Shown: positions 12,401 to 22,101 of the stretch, in pieces
How positions within the stretch are numbered: the first letter of the stretch is position 1
Layout: each line of letters begins with the position of its first letter
Assembly (NCBI GenBank): GCA_043228905.1
Contig: JBHGNT010000008.1
Coordinates: 9,052,001 to 9,116,000, forward strand
Length of the DNA stretch: 64,000 bases
Origin: Azolla caroliniana
Lineage: Eukaryota > Plantae > Polypodiophyta
Direction: 5' to 3'
Position numbers and translations under genes: made by a program
The notes under the pieces: model-generated
The model's input: the letters and a program-made list of their open reading frames with translations, nothing else
What the model was told of the DNA's origin: nothing
Database searches by the model: none

Positions 12401-13545
12401 GATATCAGGTTCAAACGAACTTCCGGAACGTGTCGGACATCCTTCAGCAGCATCTTGCATCCAGTTGGTGTTGTCAGCCACACGTCTCCTATGCCGACAA
12501 TTCGGCATGTACCTTCATTCCCTATCCGGACACAGTCGTGGTCACCGGCTAAGTAGGATGTGAAGAATTTCCGGTCCGGGGTAAGGTGGAACGATGCTCC
12601 GGAGTCTACCACCCAGGTCATCTCGTCACCGGCAAGGTTTATCTCACTCTCCTCGGTGATGAGCATCAACTCTTCTTCACTTGCCGCGATTGCCGTCGTT
12701 CCCTTCCGGTCTGCCCCCCTCCGGTCTTTACCGTTTCGGTCTTTACCGTTCCGGTCCGGGGTTTGCTTCGAATTGGTACCGTCGGTTTCCTTGTCTTTAC
12801 GGAAATGCCGACAGTTCTTTTGGAAGTGTCCCGGCTTGCCGCAATAGAAGCAAGTAGGCCTCCCCCTTGACTTTGACCGTGTCCCCGACTTCTCCCGGTT
12901 CTGGGGACTACGGTTTCTATGTCTTCCGCGTTCCGATTCGGTAAGAAGCGCTTTGGAGTCGGAGCTCGTATCTTTGTCTTTCCGACGCGCCTCCTCATCT
13001 AGCAAGCTCGACTTTACTCTTGCTAGGGATAACCGTTTTCCTTCCGGCCCGGCATTGCCCAAAGTGACAACCAACGTCTCCTAGCTATCCGGGAGGGAAT
13101 CGAGCAGGAGTAGCGCTAGTACCTCATCGGCAAGAGGTACTTCCAACGACGTTGCCTGGTGTATCAGCCCCTGGAAGGCATTCATATGCTCCGCCATGCT
13201 GGAGCCATCTTGGTACCGGAGTCTTACTAGCTTCCGGAATACCGACACCTGATTGACAACATTTTTGTTTTGAAACATTATGCCAATCTTCTCCCAGAGC
13301 TCATGAGCCTTGCTCTCTTCATTGAAGTTGTTGTACAGGCTCATGTCGATGAAGCACCGTATGTACGCCGTTGTCTTCATGTGCATCACCTCCCATATCG
13401 CGGCGTCGATTTTGTCCGGTCTCTTGTCCCCGAACTGAACTGGCAGCCAAAGGTCTTTAACAACGAGCATGTTCCTCATCTTCGACTTCCATACTGAATA
13501 GTTGGAGCCGGTGAGCTTGAACATGCCGCCAAATGATTCGTCCAT
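9495..13545 (-). pseudogene. Copia C gag-pol polyprotein, about 3 lesions (stop at 13081, frameshift near 11050, stop at 10106)
   Basis: ORFs 13081-13686, 11002-13074, 10106-10996 and 9197-10081 give gag, zinc knuckle, WVVDSGAS, integrase, YVDD and RNase H (TDSD...AEY...CDSQSAI). Confidence 0.93.
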
Positions 13546-13561
13546 TTTCTGTGTCGATTCC

Positions 13562-13573
13562 GCTCTGATACCA
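13562..13573 (-). promoter_or_regulatory. PBS of C (tRNA-iMet)
   Basis: Perfect TGGTATCAGAGC, 2 nt from the LTR. Confidence 0.92.
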
Positions 13574-13575
13574 CT

Positions 13576-14373
13576 TGACGGGAACCTAACGTTCCTTATG
13601 CGCAATGCTCGGCCACAACCGAGATTCTTTTCATACACAGAAAAACGGGAAATACAACATGATACAAAGGAGAGGAAGATACACACACACTACACAGGAG
13701 GTTAACGTGGAAAACCCCAAACTGGAGGAAAAACCACGGCAGCCCACAGGTTGCAAATTGTCACTATGTATGAATGTACAAAACAGTGAGTTCTCGGAGG
13801 CAACGACCTCGGACTCACGCTCTTCGCCACAGGCGGCGGTTACAACAGAGGCAACGACCTCGTTCTCTCTCTCTCTCTCTGTACAGTTACGCGCTCTCTC
13901 TTCGTCTTGCACCAACAAGGAAGAGTAATGACCACCTAATATTAGTTTGCCCTAAGTCATATTTATACTAATATGACTTTTCGGCTATTTACAAATATAG
14001 CCACAATGGGCTCTCAGAAACATATTTACGAATATGTCTCTTCCTCCGGTTCATACTGGGCCTGCACCATCCGGCTCTCCGTAGCCGAGTACTCCTCATC
14101 CGGTTCATACCGGGCCTGCACCATCCGGCTCTCCGTAGCCAGGTACTCCTCATCCGATTCATACCAGGCCTGCACCATCCGGCTCTCCGTAGCCGGGTAC
14201 TTCTCATCCGGTTCATACCAGGCCTGCATCATCTGGCTCTCCGTAGCCGGGTACTTCTCATCCGGTTCATACCGGGCCTGCACCATCCGGCTCTCCGTAG
14301 CCGGGTACTCCTCATCCGGTTTCGTCGGCACTGTTCTTCTCCCTTCCCATCCGGAGGGACTTGTCTCCCAACA
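13576..14373 (-). repeat. 5' LTR of C (5 copies of the 54-bp U3 repeat at about 14043-14320)
   Basis: Unit CTCATCCGGTTCATACCGGGCCTGCACCATCCGGCTCTCCGTAGCCGGGTACTC. Confidence 0.95.
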
Positions 14374-15631
14374 GGTCCAACTCCCAAATTGCGGATGGTC
14401 AGCTTGTTGACCGGTTGTAAGTCCTGAATGAAGCGCAACGTACCGTTCTTCTCTGGCACTATAAACCACCGGTTAGAGCAAGGGGCACTCGATGGTTTGA
14501 GGATGCCCAACTCCACCTTCTGCTTAAGAAGCTCCATCAACATTGGCATGTGAGCTCTCGGTACTTGAATCGGTTTGAGACTCCATGGCACATGCGGCAC
14601 GGTAAAGATCACCATTGGTTCGACAATGGTCGGGTCGACACACCCAATCTCTCCCAGCAAGAATGCGAAGGCTTTCCTGTGCCTCTCGAGCATCCTTCTG
14701 AACCGGTCCTATTCCACTGGCAGTAGGAAGCCACCCCCACCGATCTTCAGCTCTCGTAGCATTTTGTCGGTGAAACGGTGTCCTATGCTAGCCGGATCTC
14801 GCAAGCTCGGGTCGGTAGTGACCCCCTTTATTTGTTCCCAGCTACCCTCCGGTAAGGGAGTCGCGACAGGCTTCACCTTCCGGTCCACAGTCTTGTACTT
14901 GGTGTCTACTCGGGCGATCCGATGTGCCCTGGTTTTTCTTTCGATGTCCGCAATGACTTCATACATGTCGACCGAGTTGACCGGTATGACTCAGTCTTCG
15001 CTTAGGACTCCTTTGACTACCTTCCTGATCTCTCCAAGGGTGTCATCGAACGAGACCGCCTCCACGGCTTCCCCAATCCCTTCGTTGTGACTCAAGGCTC
15101 CGCATGCCTTTAAGCGTCTCTTGCACGAAAAAATATTGGTTTATATCGACGTCTCCGACGCTCACCCTGACGTTCGGGCAAGCCCCATGTACTTCTTCTG
15201 TGGCTCTTGTAGCCGCGCGTATCTTCCACCCGTGTTTGGTGTTGATTGGCCAATTCCCCTTTTTGTAGAAGTCCATGGACATTAGGTTAATTTCCGACCC
15301 GTGGTCGATTAATGCCACCACCGGTTCCTTCACATCCCCGATACGAACCAGGGTTTTTGTAGTCGCTCTTGCCCAGTGCGGCTTGGCGTAGTGGCTCTCT
15401 GCAAGCTCATCTTCCACGGCCATCTCGTCGAGGAGTGCCACCCTTACCTCAATCGGCTTCTCGGGCTCCGATTCCGTCGCGAGATGCTTTCTCTTCACGA
15501 GGTCCACAATGTTGTCGTGGAATTCCCTTCTCGCTATTCCAAGCACTTCCCTCACCGTGAGTTCTACACGACTGTCGAGAACTCGCTCCTCTAGAACCTT
15601 CTGTAGGTTCGTTGGTTTCTTGATTTCCAAG
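14374..15631 (-). pseudogene. Gypsy B protease and RT N-terminal part
   Basis: VALIDHGSEINLMS (protease). SSAPCSNRWFIVPEKNGTLRFIQDLQPVNK (RT). Confidence 0.88.
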
Positions 15632-16004
15632 TGTTGAGAGACAAGCTCAACATCGGCCGGATCGGCTGAAGAAGCCGAGGACTGGATCGGTTGGGACCGA
15701 TCGGTTAGGCCGAGTGCGTAAACCAGGAGGTTGTTAGGAAAGATATTCCGTGAGGAATATATTTGGGAGTTAGTGTAGGAGCTCTTAATGAGCATTGAAG
15801 TACTGTCAATACTTCTGTCAGTCCTTCTAGGACTTGTATAAAAGTGTTCATGGAACACACATATGTATAGAGTAGTGAATAGAGTTTTTTGTAAAATATA
15901 GTTCTTGTGTTTTCTCTCTCTCACTCTCTCTGTCTCTCCATTAAACTTGAGTGTTCTTCCTTTTGTTCTGTCTTCATACTTGCTTCCGCACGCTACTTTC
16001 TACA
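15632..16004 (+). mobile_element. Solo LTR S1 (373 bp, probably Copia) in B's gag-protease region
   Basis: TGTTG...CTACA termini. TSD CCAAG / CCGAG (one transition). TATAAAA near 15837 and GCTTCCGC near the 3' end. B's frame resumes across it (FRLSS|EIKKPTNL). Confidence 0.8.
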
Positions 16005-16130
16005 CCGAGCTTAAACGGAAGCTCGGAATCCTGCCCTTCTCCTTCTCTTGGGACCCAGTTGGAGTGGCATCGTGCCTTTTCAGCGCGCTTCGGGTGTCAT
16101 ACCTCCCCAAAGGGCCCGCTCCCCCGGTTT

Positions 16131-16423
16131 TGTTGGGGACAAGGCCGTGAATGCGGAAGTGCAGGCAACATTCGTGATGAAGAAGAACCTGTGTATGTAT
16201 GAGCAAGATAGACACGGAGGGAGAGAGAGAGGCACAAAGGAAACGTTATATTCTAATAGCAACAGTTACAAATGACAACCAACCTTCACTAAAGGTTACA
16301 AAGTCACTTTATATAGTGACTATCCTAGGGCAACTGCCCTTTATGCTATTTACAGAAATGGCCCAAACTTGGGTTGTCCAAAGGGACAATGTGAATACGG
16401 CCATTATACACTCGTATTCAACA
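16131..16423 (-). repeat. 3' LTR of Copia Y (293 bp)
   Basis: TGTTG...CAACA. The TATA box sits in a hairpin, AGTCACT-TTATAT-AGTGACT, at 16302-16321. Confidence 0.92.
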
Positions 16424-16622
16424 CTCCCCCGTAATGGGCGTATACATGGGTTATCTAAAGAATTACAGGTATATATACAAGGTTTATCGGACAGATCAAT
16501 TTTGTCAGAGTCGGCAAGATCCGAAGACAGAGGACCGAACCGGTTGGGTCAGAAGAGCTGAAGCCGATCCTCAGAGAACTGATGTTGGTGGTCCGAAACC
16601 ATCCTGTGTTGTGTGTCCAACT

Positions 16623-17921
16623 TTAATCAGACCGATTTTTCGTTACGCCCATCTGATGCCGAAGGAACCGAAAACGATCCGCTGAAAGGCACTTGGTCAT
16701 TCCATTTGCGACATTACCGGTTGTGGATATCTTCTCGAGACCGATTTTCCCTGAAATGACGCAGTCCAGAACGAAGTGATATCGAATGTTGATATGCTTA
16801 GAGGCGTTGTGGTGGACCAGATTTTTTGACAAAGCAACAACACCCTGACTGTCGCTGTAGACAACTGGAGCCGAGTCGGAGTTGACCTGTCGAAACGTGT
16901 GCGCCAGTCGACCGAGCCATAAAGCTTGTTTTGCTGCATCGGACGCAGCTACATATTCCGCTTCGGTCGTTGAGGTGGTTGTGCACTCTTGAAGTTTTGA
17001 CTTCCATGAGATTGTTCCATTGCCGAATTTGAAACAGTATCCGGTTTTTGATTTCCGAATGTCCACACAACCTGCGAAGTCTGAGTCGGTGTAACCGACT
17101 ACGCCGAAGATTGAGTTCGGGCTGAAAAGAATGTTGTGGTCTTTTGTGCCAACTAGATATCTGAACACACGCTTGACTGCGTTCCAGTGCGATCGGCCGG
17201 GGTTGTGCATGAATCTGTTGACGACTCCTACGGCGTGAGAAATATCCAGCCGTGGCGCGACCATTGCGTACATGAGGGAGCCGATTGTCGGTGCATACGG
17301 TACTGACTTCATATCTTCCCCCTCCGGACTGGATGTCGGACAGTCTCGCTGAGACAACCAAAGGTTAATGGGGAGCGGGATCAAAGCAGACTTGGCCGAT
17401 TGCATGTTGAAGCGTTCTAAGACACATCCGATGTAGTCGGTTTGAGACAAGAAAAGTTGTTGTGTATCGCGATACCGACTAATCTTCATACCAAGTATGT
17501 GTCTTGCCGGACCGAGGTCCTTCATGAAAAACTTCAACTGTAGTTGCCGAACGAGTTCGGTGAGCTCTCCGGCATGCCGACCGGAGAGTAGCATGTCGTC
17601 CATGTAGATGATGAGGAAGACAGGAGACCCGTCTTGAGTTGTTTTGGTGAAGTGACAATGGTCCTCATCGCTCTTGGAGAAGCCGACCGACTGGATGAAG
17701 TCGTCGAACTTCTTGTACCACTATCGGGGTGCCTGTTTTAGGCCGTATAAACTCTTCCTGAGTCGGCAAACTAGATGTTCCTGGCCGGATACCACAAAGC
17801 CTTTCGGCTACTCCATATAGATTTCCTCTTGTAGGTCACCGTGGAGGAATGTCGTTTTTACATCTAGCTGAATCAGCTCCAAGTTGTCGGCGGCCACGAT
17901 GCCGAGCATGAAAAGGAGGGT
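16623..17921 (-). pseudogene. Copia Y RT C-terminal part and RNase H
   Basis: YMDDMLL, GYTDSDFAG, TTEAEYVAAS, HINIRYHF. Confidence 0.9.
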
Positions 17922-18381
17922 TGTTATTGCTAGGGCCGGACAACAGCCTAACACAGGGTGTCCACTTAAGACACTTCACCAAAGGGTGGTACAACAGAAT
18001 GATTTACGACACAATGCTTAATTAGGCCTTAATTGGTTACTTAGCAATCCGTAATTAACACGCGTAAGATATAACAATGAATACAGAATGGTAATCAACA
18101 CTGGAAGATTGAGACAATAAGCTTTATTAATTATCCGCTCCTGATTACACTGTAACCGGGCCTTTATATAGGTCTCCGGTGCGAAATACAAAACGGTGCC
18201 AACCAGCACCTTTACGGGATCGTTCCGGATCGGGATCAGCATACCGATTCCGGTCTGTCCGTCCATATCTTCTTATATATTAATATATATATTAAGACTA
18301 CTAATTACAACCGTTCCCGAATAACTATTCCTTTCACACTCTGGTTTGGACCTCCTTAAGCCTTCTTGCTAGCCGGTAACA
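17922..18381 (-). repeat. 3' LTR of D
   Basis: TGTTA...GTAACA. CCTATATAAAGG and AATAAA lie on the minus strand, the same sense as gag-pol. Confidence 0.93.
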
Positions 18382-18383
18382 CA

Positions 18384-18400
18384 TGGCACGCCTGTGGGAC
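18384..18400 (-). promoter_or_regulatory. tRNA-3'-end-like motif at the PPT position of D
   Basis: Element sense reads GTCCCACAGGCGTGCCA-TG-[LTR]. No purine tract is present. Confidence 0.7.
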
Positions 18401-18525
18401 AGTACCTAGTACGTCGAACCCATTATCCGGCCCTTCTACGCTTCGTCCAAAATGTCCAGAATGCTTTGCTCCAAAATTTCCAATGGCTCGTCGGGAATCT
18501 CTTGTTGTTGCTGTTGTTGTGTCTG

Positions 18526-21500
18526 CTATTCCGTTTGTGGCTGTGGTTCCGTTTGTCGCTCTCGCACCGGCATTTCCTTTGTTGATTCCTCCGTTGGAGT
18601 TGTCTGTGGCTGACTGACCCCGGCCTGGTACCCGTCTAGTCCTAGTACCGGCGACGGTTCCTCATCACTAAGGTTGACCATTGCCGCCTTTCTCGCTTTT
18701 TCTTCCTGAAGTTGGGACCGCTCATAGCTTTCAAACTGGATTTGAGACTCCAGCCGATCATCGTCCAGTTGAGCTAAGAGTTGCCGAACCTGCACCAATT
18801 GTTCATCCGCCAGGGCTGTGAAATCTTCCGCCAGCTCATCCCTTATGGCAGTGAAGTCCTCCGAGGTCAGTGTATAACAGTCGTCACCCTCCTTTCGCCG
18901 GTTTTCCACGTCCGCCCTAAGCAATTGGAGTTCCGTCGTATTCTGCGCCCATTTCGCCCACCAACGCACCGAGTTGTCATCAATCAAGCTTTTGGTCTTA
19001 GTGAGCCATGACCGGAGGATGCATTGGATCCGTTCGGCTCCCATCTGTGATTTATTTTCTGCGGCTTGTCGCTCTTCCTTCAATTGCTTGATGATCCGAA
19101 CCGTGTCCACCTCCTGTTCCCTATAATGCGACAATTGATTTTGATAGGTTGTTTGCAATCTCTGTAATACCATTGTCGCTCTTTCCTTGTCTTCGTGGTT
19201 CTGTTTGTGGAGCTCTATCCGGTCATTTGCCGCTTCCTCCAATAGCCTGGAACTTTTCGGTCGTTCTTCGGCGAGTGCCGGTGTGGCCCTATCAACTTCT
19301 TGTCGGAGCTCCGCCATCCATTCCTGTTGTTGCTTATGCTCCATCTCCAGCTGCTTGTAGTCCCGATGCAAATGATCGAAATCATCAGTCTTCTACTTCA
19401 GCCTTTGGTTGATCTGTCGGCGCGCGCGGTCCTCCTGGTCCTTCTGTTGCCGGAGCTCTTCCTTCAGCCTCTCGATTTCCATTTCCACCATCCGTCGCAA
19501 CTTGTCTTTTTCCTGCAACAATTTCTCTTTTTCCTCCTTCAGCCGGTCGTAAGCATGATGTCCTTTACGCAGGTTTTCCTTTGCCCGGCGAAGGTTCTCA
19601 GCAGTCTTTTTTAATTCTTCTTCGGCCGCCTTCTTCAAGTCGCATTCACGGCTCCGTAATGCTTCTTGTGCGGCGAGCTCATCTCGTAATTCCACAAGCT
19701 CTTGGGCTTGCACCGCATCTTTCTCCGGGACAGTTTGTGTCTTTGCGGTCTTATTCCTCTGTACATTACCCGGAGTCACCGGTGCTTGGATTTGCGTTGC
19801 GGTAAGGCCATTTTGGCCATATCTCCTGTGATTGGATCCAAGTCTTGTTCGAGGCACCGGATCCTTCACCGGGTCGTTTCCAGTTCATCGGTTGTGACGA
19901 GCAACCGTTCCGTTTGCGCTCTTTCCTCTGCCTCTATGCATCTGACTGTTGGGATTACGGTCCCTCCGGATGGGATGGTCGGATGTCCGGAGCCGGATGA
20001 TGAAGACCCCGGCTACGGAGCCGGATGATGAAGACCCCGGCTACGGAGCCGGATGACGAATGTACCCGGAGAGAGATCCGGATGCGGGGACATATTTGTG
20101 AATATGTTTGCCAAGGGCCCTTGAGGCTATAATTGTAAATAGCCCGAAAGTCATATGTGTATAAATATGACTTAGGGCAAACAGTTTTAATGTTGTTGCT
20201 CATTTTTCTGTGTATTGCCACTCTTATGTGTGCAAGAGAGTGAAGAGAGCAGCCGAGAGCAGGAGAGAGACGAAGAGGTTGTTGCCTCTGTGTATTACCG
20301 CCGCCTGTGGCGAAGACAGTGAGCTCAAGGTTGTTGCCTTGTAGCTTCACCATTGTACATCTCTGATTATAGTGATAGTTGGAGTTTGAGGACTCCCGTG
20401 GTTTTTCCCATTTAGGGTTTTCCAAACACTGACTACTCCGGAAATTTGGTCTCCTATCCACCGGAGCCATTGGTTGCCAATGCACTGTTGTTGCGCTTGC
20501 ACGGAGAGTTGGCTAATGGGTTCACTCACCAATGGCTGGTCCCGCCTTACTGCGTCGAGCTGCGTTTCTGGTTCTGCCAGCTGACCACTCTGCCGTTCCG
20601 GCTTTGAGTGTGTTTCAGCTAGTCGCCCCTTGTCTGCTTGTTCTTGGTCGGCTGGGAAGGTTGGCCTTTTTATATCCGGCTCTTGAGTTACGGGGCTTGC
20701 CGGTGCTGCCTATTGTGCAAGGACTTCTGTGACTAGTTCCCTCCGAACCGGTTCCAGTACCTCCCTTGGCGTGGGATGCTCAACGTGAGTTGGGGGCGTT
20801 CCATCCTTCTGTGGGTCCAAACGCTTCTCGGCTGATTCAGCGGTGCTCTTCACCGGCCGTCGCTGGAGGTGCTCCGTGGGTTCTTCCTCCATTTCTTCTG
20901 CCTGAGTCTCGACATTCATTCTTGCCGCCAGGGTGTCCGTTTCCTATTGCATCGGTCGGTGGAGTGGGCTCTTCAGGGGCCGTGCCGGTGTCTCCTCACT
21001 TGCATCCGTCGGCCGCTTCCGGCTGGCGCCCTCCTTCACCGCCTTCTCTGCGTCAACCGTCTTCCCCTTAGTGGCCTTGGAGGCCAACAGTTGTTGCCGT
21101 TTCGAAGCAGGTTTCGGGGTGCCGTCCGTTGCTCTTCCCCGCTTCTTGATTTGGACGGACTCGATCGGTGGCGCCAACAGGGTGAGCCATTGTGTCACCG
21201 CATGCCATATTTTCCGGCCTTGCCATCCTTTCCTCTTACTATATCAATTGCCGTACATAGCCCGTCGGCAATCAACACCGGCCAATCTACCTTGACCCCT
21301 TCGTACGTTGCGATGATCAAGCCTGCTCGGTTCTGAGGCATGACGGGGGGTCGAGGTTACACGTGGCCGAACTCATGGAGCACACAGGCAATTTCGCGGA
21401 ATAGCCTATCTTCGCCGCCTTGTGTTCTGTAGCCCTTGCTGGCGAGAGAGTACTCACCGAAATATTTGATGAGCTGCTCGGAGGTCGTATTATCGATCGT

Positions 21501-21967
21501 GTAGATGCCTCCCTCCGGAAGGCCTATTAACGCACGGATCGCCTCCTCCGTGATCACCTTTGTGTCGATTTATTTTGTAATCTTTTCGGCCTCCTTGTGT
21601 GGCGTCGCCTCCATGATCGTTAAGAAACCCTCCAGACCGTGTTGTCGTAACCATTTCTTGGCGGCTTCAGACTACGTTTGGCAGTCCATCTCTGCATCGA
21701 GGTCGGAGAGCATTGGCGAGGTTGATGGTGGGGAGAGTGTGAGAGAGAAAGTTCTGAGGGAGGGGGTTCTCTCTGTGCGAGCTCTCTACGATTGATCTTC
21801 ACGCGTCGCTCTGCGTCTGTTCTCCTTGGTTCGCGATAGGAGAAGGTCTCGATGCGTGGGGGTTTTTCTCTTTGCATCTTGGCGCCTTTTTCGAGCCTCC
21901 GCATGTGCAGGTCGTGTACTATAATAACATTGTGTGCCATGTGGCGGTGGTTTAATGTCCTATTCAT
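18526..21967 (-). pseudogene. D extra ORF 3' of pol (N-terminal domain, P/Q/E/T linker, coiled coil), split by solo LTR S2
   Basis: Fragments 21620-21967, 21357-21557, 20944-21198, 20710-20919, 19393-19869 and 18526-19371 are colinear with F 36940-39929. Confidence 0.85.
19947..20428 (+). mobile_element. Solo LTR S2 (A/C Tork-like family, 482 bp)
   Basis: TGTTGGG...AAACA. TSD CTGAC at 19942-19946 and 20429-20433. Shares TATAAATATGACTTAGGGCAAA and CCCGTGGTTTTTCCC with A and C. 28-bp repeat x2.5 at 19989-20056. Confidence 0.9.
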
Positions 21968-22101
21968 AGCCCCTCGTACCTTTTCGCCGTGCCTCTTTAC
22001 TCCTCTTGTGCATGGCCGTTTCCACCACTCCTTTTCATGATTTATTTTATTCCATTCGATTTTTTCTTTCTTTTTTTTTCTTTTTTTTTTCTCTCGAAAA
22101 A

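Larger units (their letters stand above)
8782..14373 (-). mobile_element. Copia element C (Tork-like, near-intact), inserted in B's RT
   Basis: LTRs 8782-9473 and 13576-14373. TSD GGTCC at 8777-8781 and 14374-14378. PBS TGGTATCAGAGC at 13562-13573 (minus strand). Confidence 0.95.

Noticed and set aside
14043-14320. CRISPR-like array
   Set aside because: Head-to-tail 54-bp units with no unique spacers, inside an LTR, and no cas genes.
14229-14693. RT fragment apparently fused to a repeat peptide
   Set aside because: This is the junction of B's RT with C's 5' LTR.
15043-15924. 293-aa ORF with a novel N-terminus on the protease
   Set aside because: The N-terminus is antisense solo LTR S1, open by chance into B's protease.
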